Assembly: GCA_050613775.1 (NCBI GenBank)
Contig: JBODTK010000100.1
Coordinates: 186,001-250,000, forward strand
Direction: 5' to 3'
Length of the DNA stretch: 64,000 nt
Source of the DNA: Neocallimastix sp. 'constans'
Taxonomy: Eukaryota
Positions within the stretch are counted from its first letter, which is position 1. Every line of letters starts with the position of its first letter. The notes under the pieces were generated by a model. That model made no database searches and had not been told where the DNA came from. It saw only the letters and a program-made list of their open reading frames with translations. Shown here piece after piece: positions 61,624 through 64,000 of this stretch. The position numbers were made by a program, and so were the translations under genes.

Positions 61624-64000
61624 CTAGTATCTATATTCTGGAGGAGTAGGAATGAAAGGCTCGAGCTCAGATATATGGAATATTGGATGGTGTTTAGGGA
61701 AAGGAGATCTTTTTAAATCTATTTTATAATTATTATTATCTAAAGCTTCAAGTACTTTATAAGGTCCGTACTTACAAGGTGATAATTTAGAATAATCTTC
61801 GATATTAAGAGAAGGAGGAGTTTGAACCCATACTAAGTCACCTTCTTTAAAAACAGGAGGTTCTAATCTTTTCTTATCAGCATGCCTTTTATTTAATTCT
61901 TTGGAACGTAGTAAGACGTCTTTAATGTGATTAAAACTAGTATTTACATTTTTTATATATTTAGAATTAGTATCCATTTGAGGTAATAAAAAGAATTCGT
62001 CCATGGAAGGATGGAACCCATAATTTATAAAGAAAGGTGTTTCCTTAGTAGATTCATTAATAGAATTATTATATGCAAATTCTGCAAGGTAGATCCAATC
62101 TATCCAGTCATCATGATAATAAGCTCTTGAATAAGCCCTAAGATATTGTTCAATAAAAGAGTTACATCTTTCAACTTGTCCGACGGTTTCATGATGATCT
62201 GTGGTAGCTGTATTATTTTTAATTTTTAATAAGTGCATAAATTCATTCCAAAGAGCACTTGTAAATTGTGATCCTCTGTCTGTATAAATATCTTGAGGTA
62301 AACCATGTAGTTGTAGTTTAAAGATATTATTCATAAAAGCCTTAGCAGTTTGTTTTGCATCAGGTATTTGTTTAAAGGGAATTAAGTGGATCATTTTAGA
62401 AAAACGATCAACAACTACCATTATTACTGTATATCCTTTAGAATTAGGAAGACCGCATAGAAAGTCGATTTAAATAGATTTCCAAGGTCTTTCGGGAGTA
62501 TCCAAAGGTTGTAGAAGACCATATTTTCTGTGTCTATTTATTTTGTTTCTTGCACAGGATTGACAAGAGTTTACATATTTGGTTACATCTTCTTTTATTT
62601 TAGGCCACCAATAGTTTCTTGTTATTAACTCTAAAGTTCTTCTAATTCCAAAATGACCGGCTGCGGGCTTTTCATGATATTTTGTTAATATTTCCAATCG
62701 GAGAACTTCAGGAATATAGACTAGATTATTATAAAATATTAAATTGTCCTTTAATTTAAACTTTTCCATTTTTCTAAAGGGCTTATAAGACATATCATTT
62801 TTTACATTTTGAGGACTAAAGTAAAGTCGAATATCCTTAGATGTAGCGTCAGACTTGGTAGCATCAATAATTCTTTCTAAAAGGTCACTTACAATACTAA
62901 CAAAACACGGAATTTCTTTAACATTTTTAATTTCTAAAATATTTTCAGGTTTTTCTTCAGTGTTGTTTTTAATATAGTCAGGTCTTCTAGATAGACTGTC
63001 AGGTTTTCCGTTTTTGTTTCCCTGTCTATACTTTATTATGAAATTATATTCTTGGAAGAAAAGGTACCATCTGTGTTGTCTTTGATTTGCAACTTTTCCT
63101 CCTAATGTGTATATTAAGTTCCTATGATCCGTATAGACAGTAATTTGGTATTTAGCACCAAGGAGTAGATGTCTCCAAACAATAAAAGCATCCCTTATAG
63201 CGAGTAGTTCTTTGTCAGTAATTGTATAATTTATTTCGGCGTTTAGTAAACTTCTAGAATAATATGCTACTGGATGTAAATTATTATCTTTATCCCTTTG
63301 AGATAGAACAGCACCAATAGCATAATTACTTGCATCACATTCTACTATAAAAGGTTTTGTAATATCAGGATGAAGTAGAATTGGAGAAGTAATTAATCTT
63401 TTCTTTAATTCCTTAAAAGCATTTTCACATTCATTCGTCCATAAAAATTTAATATTTTTCCTTGTTAAATTATGTAAAGGTTTTGCAATTTTTGCAAAAT
63501 CTTTAACAAATCTTCTATAGTAATTACATAGGCCAATAAATCTTTGAACATCTTTTAAATTTTCTGGTCTTGGCCACTCTTCTATTGATTTAATTTTCTT
63601 TGGGTCAGTAGATACACCATCACCAGAAAAATGTAACCTAAAAATTCAACTTTATTCTGGTCAAATTCACATTTTTCTAATTTTACATATAAATTATTAT
63701 TAATTAAAGTTTGAAGGACGTTTCTGACTTGATTATGATGCTCCTCCAAATCTTTGGAATATATTAAAATATCATCTAAATATATAAGATCACACACTTT
63801 TCCAAGTATGGTCTAAGAATAGAGTTAATAAATGATTGAAAAGTGGCAGGAGCATTTTTTAATCCAAACGGCATAACTAAATATTCATAATGGCCATATT
63901 TAGTTCTAAACGCGGTTTTATATTCGTCACCCTCTTTTATTCTTATTAAATTATAAGCTGAACGTAAATCCAATTTCGTAAAATATTTTGCTCCCTTTTC
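61624..64000 (-). mobile_element. Ty3/gypsy LTR retrotransposon pol (RT, RNase H, integrase), frameshifted and running off the window end
   Basis: [47 protein letters not shown]. RNase H ECDASNYAIGAVLSQ and KELLAI, YTDHRNL. Integrase HEKPAAGH..CQSC, VVVDRFSKM, TDRGSQFTS, GQVER and GPY module. Frame breaks near 63790, 63630 and 62470. Confidence 0.93.

Overview
Very AT-rich eukaryotic DNA with GT-AG introns and long microsatellites. A double fungal dockerin, a hydrogenosome-type succinyl-CoA synthetase and a flagellar gene point to an anaerobic gut fungus (Neocallimastigomycota); this is inferred from gene content. Host genes: 3' part of a solute-binding-protein/7TM receptor, a secreted group XII-like phospholipase A2 (2 exons), an intronless CE15 esterase with two dockerins, a 16-exon MORN-repeat RSPH10B-like gene, proteasome chaperone PSMG2/PAC2 (6 exons) and succinyl-CoA synthetase alpha (3 exons). 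Mobile DNA: a decayed Ty1/copia, a frameshifted Ty3/gypsy pol, a poly(A)-tailed structured 440-nt island, and a 14-kb same-orientation cluster of three divergent single-ORF APE-RT non-LTR retrotransposons. The most notable signal is in this cluster: the 3' tail of each LINE abuts a copy of the same short segment of the family's own structured 5' leader, and one copy has a perfect 15-bp TSD there. This suggests a self-targeting LINE family with a conserved leader RNA fold and an RRM-like domain fused to its single ORF. All calls were made by eye, with no database searches.
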